Notes under the pieces: generated by a model
The model's input: only the letters and a program-made list of their open reading frames with translations
What the model was told of the DNA's origin: nothing
Databases searched by the model: none
Origin: Massalongia carnosa
Taxonomy: Eukaryota
NCBI GenBank assembly: GCA_965645245.1
Contig: OZ287068.1
Location: 1,302,001-1,366,000, forward strand
Direction: 5' to 3'
DNA length: 64,000 bases
Translations under genes and position numbers: made by a program
In this document: positions 62,448 to 64,000 of the stretch, one piece after another
Layout: every line of letters begins with the position of its first letter
Position numbering within the stretch: the first letter of the stretch is position 1

Positions 62448-63311
62448 CTAGCATTTTACGGTTCCTTGTGCCTCAGAGCCTTTCGCAAGCTGCATATAAC
62501 GTATGCATCGCATTCCGCCTACTCTTAACAGTCGAATTTTCGCTGAAATGCTCATTCCTCCATCATCATCCCAGATATTTAATTGGCTCCAATTCGGAGC
62601 CAGACGGCTGAATTCTAAAGACATATAATAGGAATAGATCGTCAGAGGGAAGTCCACTTTCTTATACTTTTTAGCTTTATACTTGATATCTGCCTCATAC
62701 ACAAATCGCCAATCCAAACGCGGTATCAGTTAAGAGGTCTGTCAGAAAAATACAATTTGATCTTTTGGGTGGTAACGGTGTAGAATCTTCGTCGTATCAA
62801 CATAGCTCTCAAGGAATCAAACGTTCTTTTTAGCCAAAAACAAACGCCGATCTTTCTAAGATCAAAACCTGTGTTACGATTAACAGCTTTGAGTGATGGA
62901 TAGACTTCGACAGGAATTTTATCTGAATAAGAGACTTTCCTGGTCGCTCTGGATAAGTTCGGAATGATAAGCACTAACTGGGGAAGTTTTCCTTGTAGTT
63001 ACATCGAAGGCAATCATCGGATCCTTTGAAAAGTCCATGGTGTTCTAGGATACATCCTTGAGGAACTTGAAGGATACGGGTCCGCTGCGGCATTGAAGAA
63101 CCAATTCACGGGCGCCAACCTATGGTTTTCCGCAGTCCAGTCAATACACAAACTTCGCAGCCGTAAATAGAGACTCGAAATAAAATAAGAACCTATCTTG
63201 AGGCGGACGTTTTAGCTTGATGATGCTATTATGGCGAGAATAAAGGATGGAGGATGGAGGATGAAGAAATTGAAGAAGGGTGACGAGGAGGGTGAAGCGA
63301 TAGTAGGATCC
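62448..63311 (-). pseudogene. Possible frameshifted or decayed gene of unknown family
   Basis: A chain of protein-like minus-strand fragments (MDPTIASPSSSPFFNFF..., LVLIIPNLSRATRK..., LDWRFVYEADIKYK...) separated by stops and frameshifts, with no clean intron signals. Confidence 0.25.
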
Positions 63312-63721
63312 ATTGGCGAAACTATTGATGAGTGATTTGGCGCGGAGAGTATATTTCGAGCAAATCGTGGATCTAAAGGAAACTGGCGGGATGCCTAAAC
63401 GATGTTCGAGGAAGCTTCCCGTGAATCTGATAGGGAAACTCAACCGAGTTGAAACAGCCGACTGAACAGAATGCTGAATGGCTATCGGGCTGTCGGATGA
63501 TGCCGTTCTCGCAACCTGAGATATGGCTTAGCATCTAACTTCTTTGATGTTTCAAAGTGGAAAGAGGCTTGAAGACCCTTGGGGGAAAAGGCCTGGCCTA
63601 ACAACTCTCAAGGAAGCAGATTTAGCAAGCCAGCAATATCATCACCTATACCTACATTTCACACTCCAGAACCTAGAGAATCTGATCCAAATATGGAGGA
63701 ATTTCCCTGGCTCAAACATAC

Positions 63722-64000
63722 CTATGGGTTTCCCAACCCGGTCCGAGAACTCATGCTCTCACTCTCACTCCAAATCTCCCGACTCTCCCTCTCCACCTTC
63801 CCCATCGCCCCCGCCACCTCCTCCAACTTCCCCACCACATCCTGCACCTCTTCCCTCACCTTTGTAAAGAACTTCTCGTTCACCTCCCTCCTCTTCCTCG
63901 CCGCCAGAAAATCTTCCTCATCCCCTTCTCCTCCGTCCTCCCGGACCCCATCCCTAATGTGACTTCTCTCCTCCTCCTCCTCCTCCTCCTCCTCCTCCTC
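63722..64000 (-). CDS. 3' end of an unknown gene entering from beyond the window
   Basis: Open minus-strand frame: poly-Glu (CCT repeat on +), then EDFLAARKRREVNEKFFTKVREEVQDVVGKLEEVAGAMGKVERESREIW...GNP*, coiled-coil-like. Stop at 63722-63724. Confidence 0.7.
   Translation of the reverse strand, partial: EEEEEEEEEEERSHIRDGVREDGGEGDEEDFLAARKRREVNEKFFTKVREEVQDVVGKLEEVAGAMGKVERESREIWSESESMSSRTGLGNP

Overview
Gene-dense eukaryotic DNA from a filamentous ascomycete. Short GT-AG introns with CTRAY branch points, a HET gene and a Fot1/pogo relic point to Pezizomycotina; a lichen-forming lineage is possible but only a guess. I can support about 25 protein-coding genes: Pbp1/ataxin-2 (5'-truncated), a DHA1-type MFS transporter, GH55 glucanase, Nat2/DUF1279, a small conserved-looking protein, a Cys-rich mucin-like membrane protein, GH15+CBM20 glucoamylase, an EamA transporter, GH81 endoglucanase, a HET-domain protein, Axl2, a GNAT, Efm6, an SPX/VTC protein, Mpp10, mitochondrial bL17, Mic12, an R3H/SUZ protein, a zinc-knuckle SR-rich protein, Cwf18, a PPR protein, Kish, Taf13 and the 3' end of an unknown gene. 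Non-genic features are a truncated pogo transposon with a terminal inverted repeat, microsatellites and several possible decayed gene relics. The strongest unusual signal is a 52-nt non-canonical AT-AC intron (ATAAGT...TTAC, 54436-54487) whose removal exactly rebuilds a CCHC zinc knuckle, in a lineage that lacks the U12 spliceosome. A second notable signal is a recurring, strand-symmetric C-rich to G-rich skew flip. All calls come from reading the sequence; no database searches were run.
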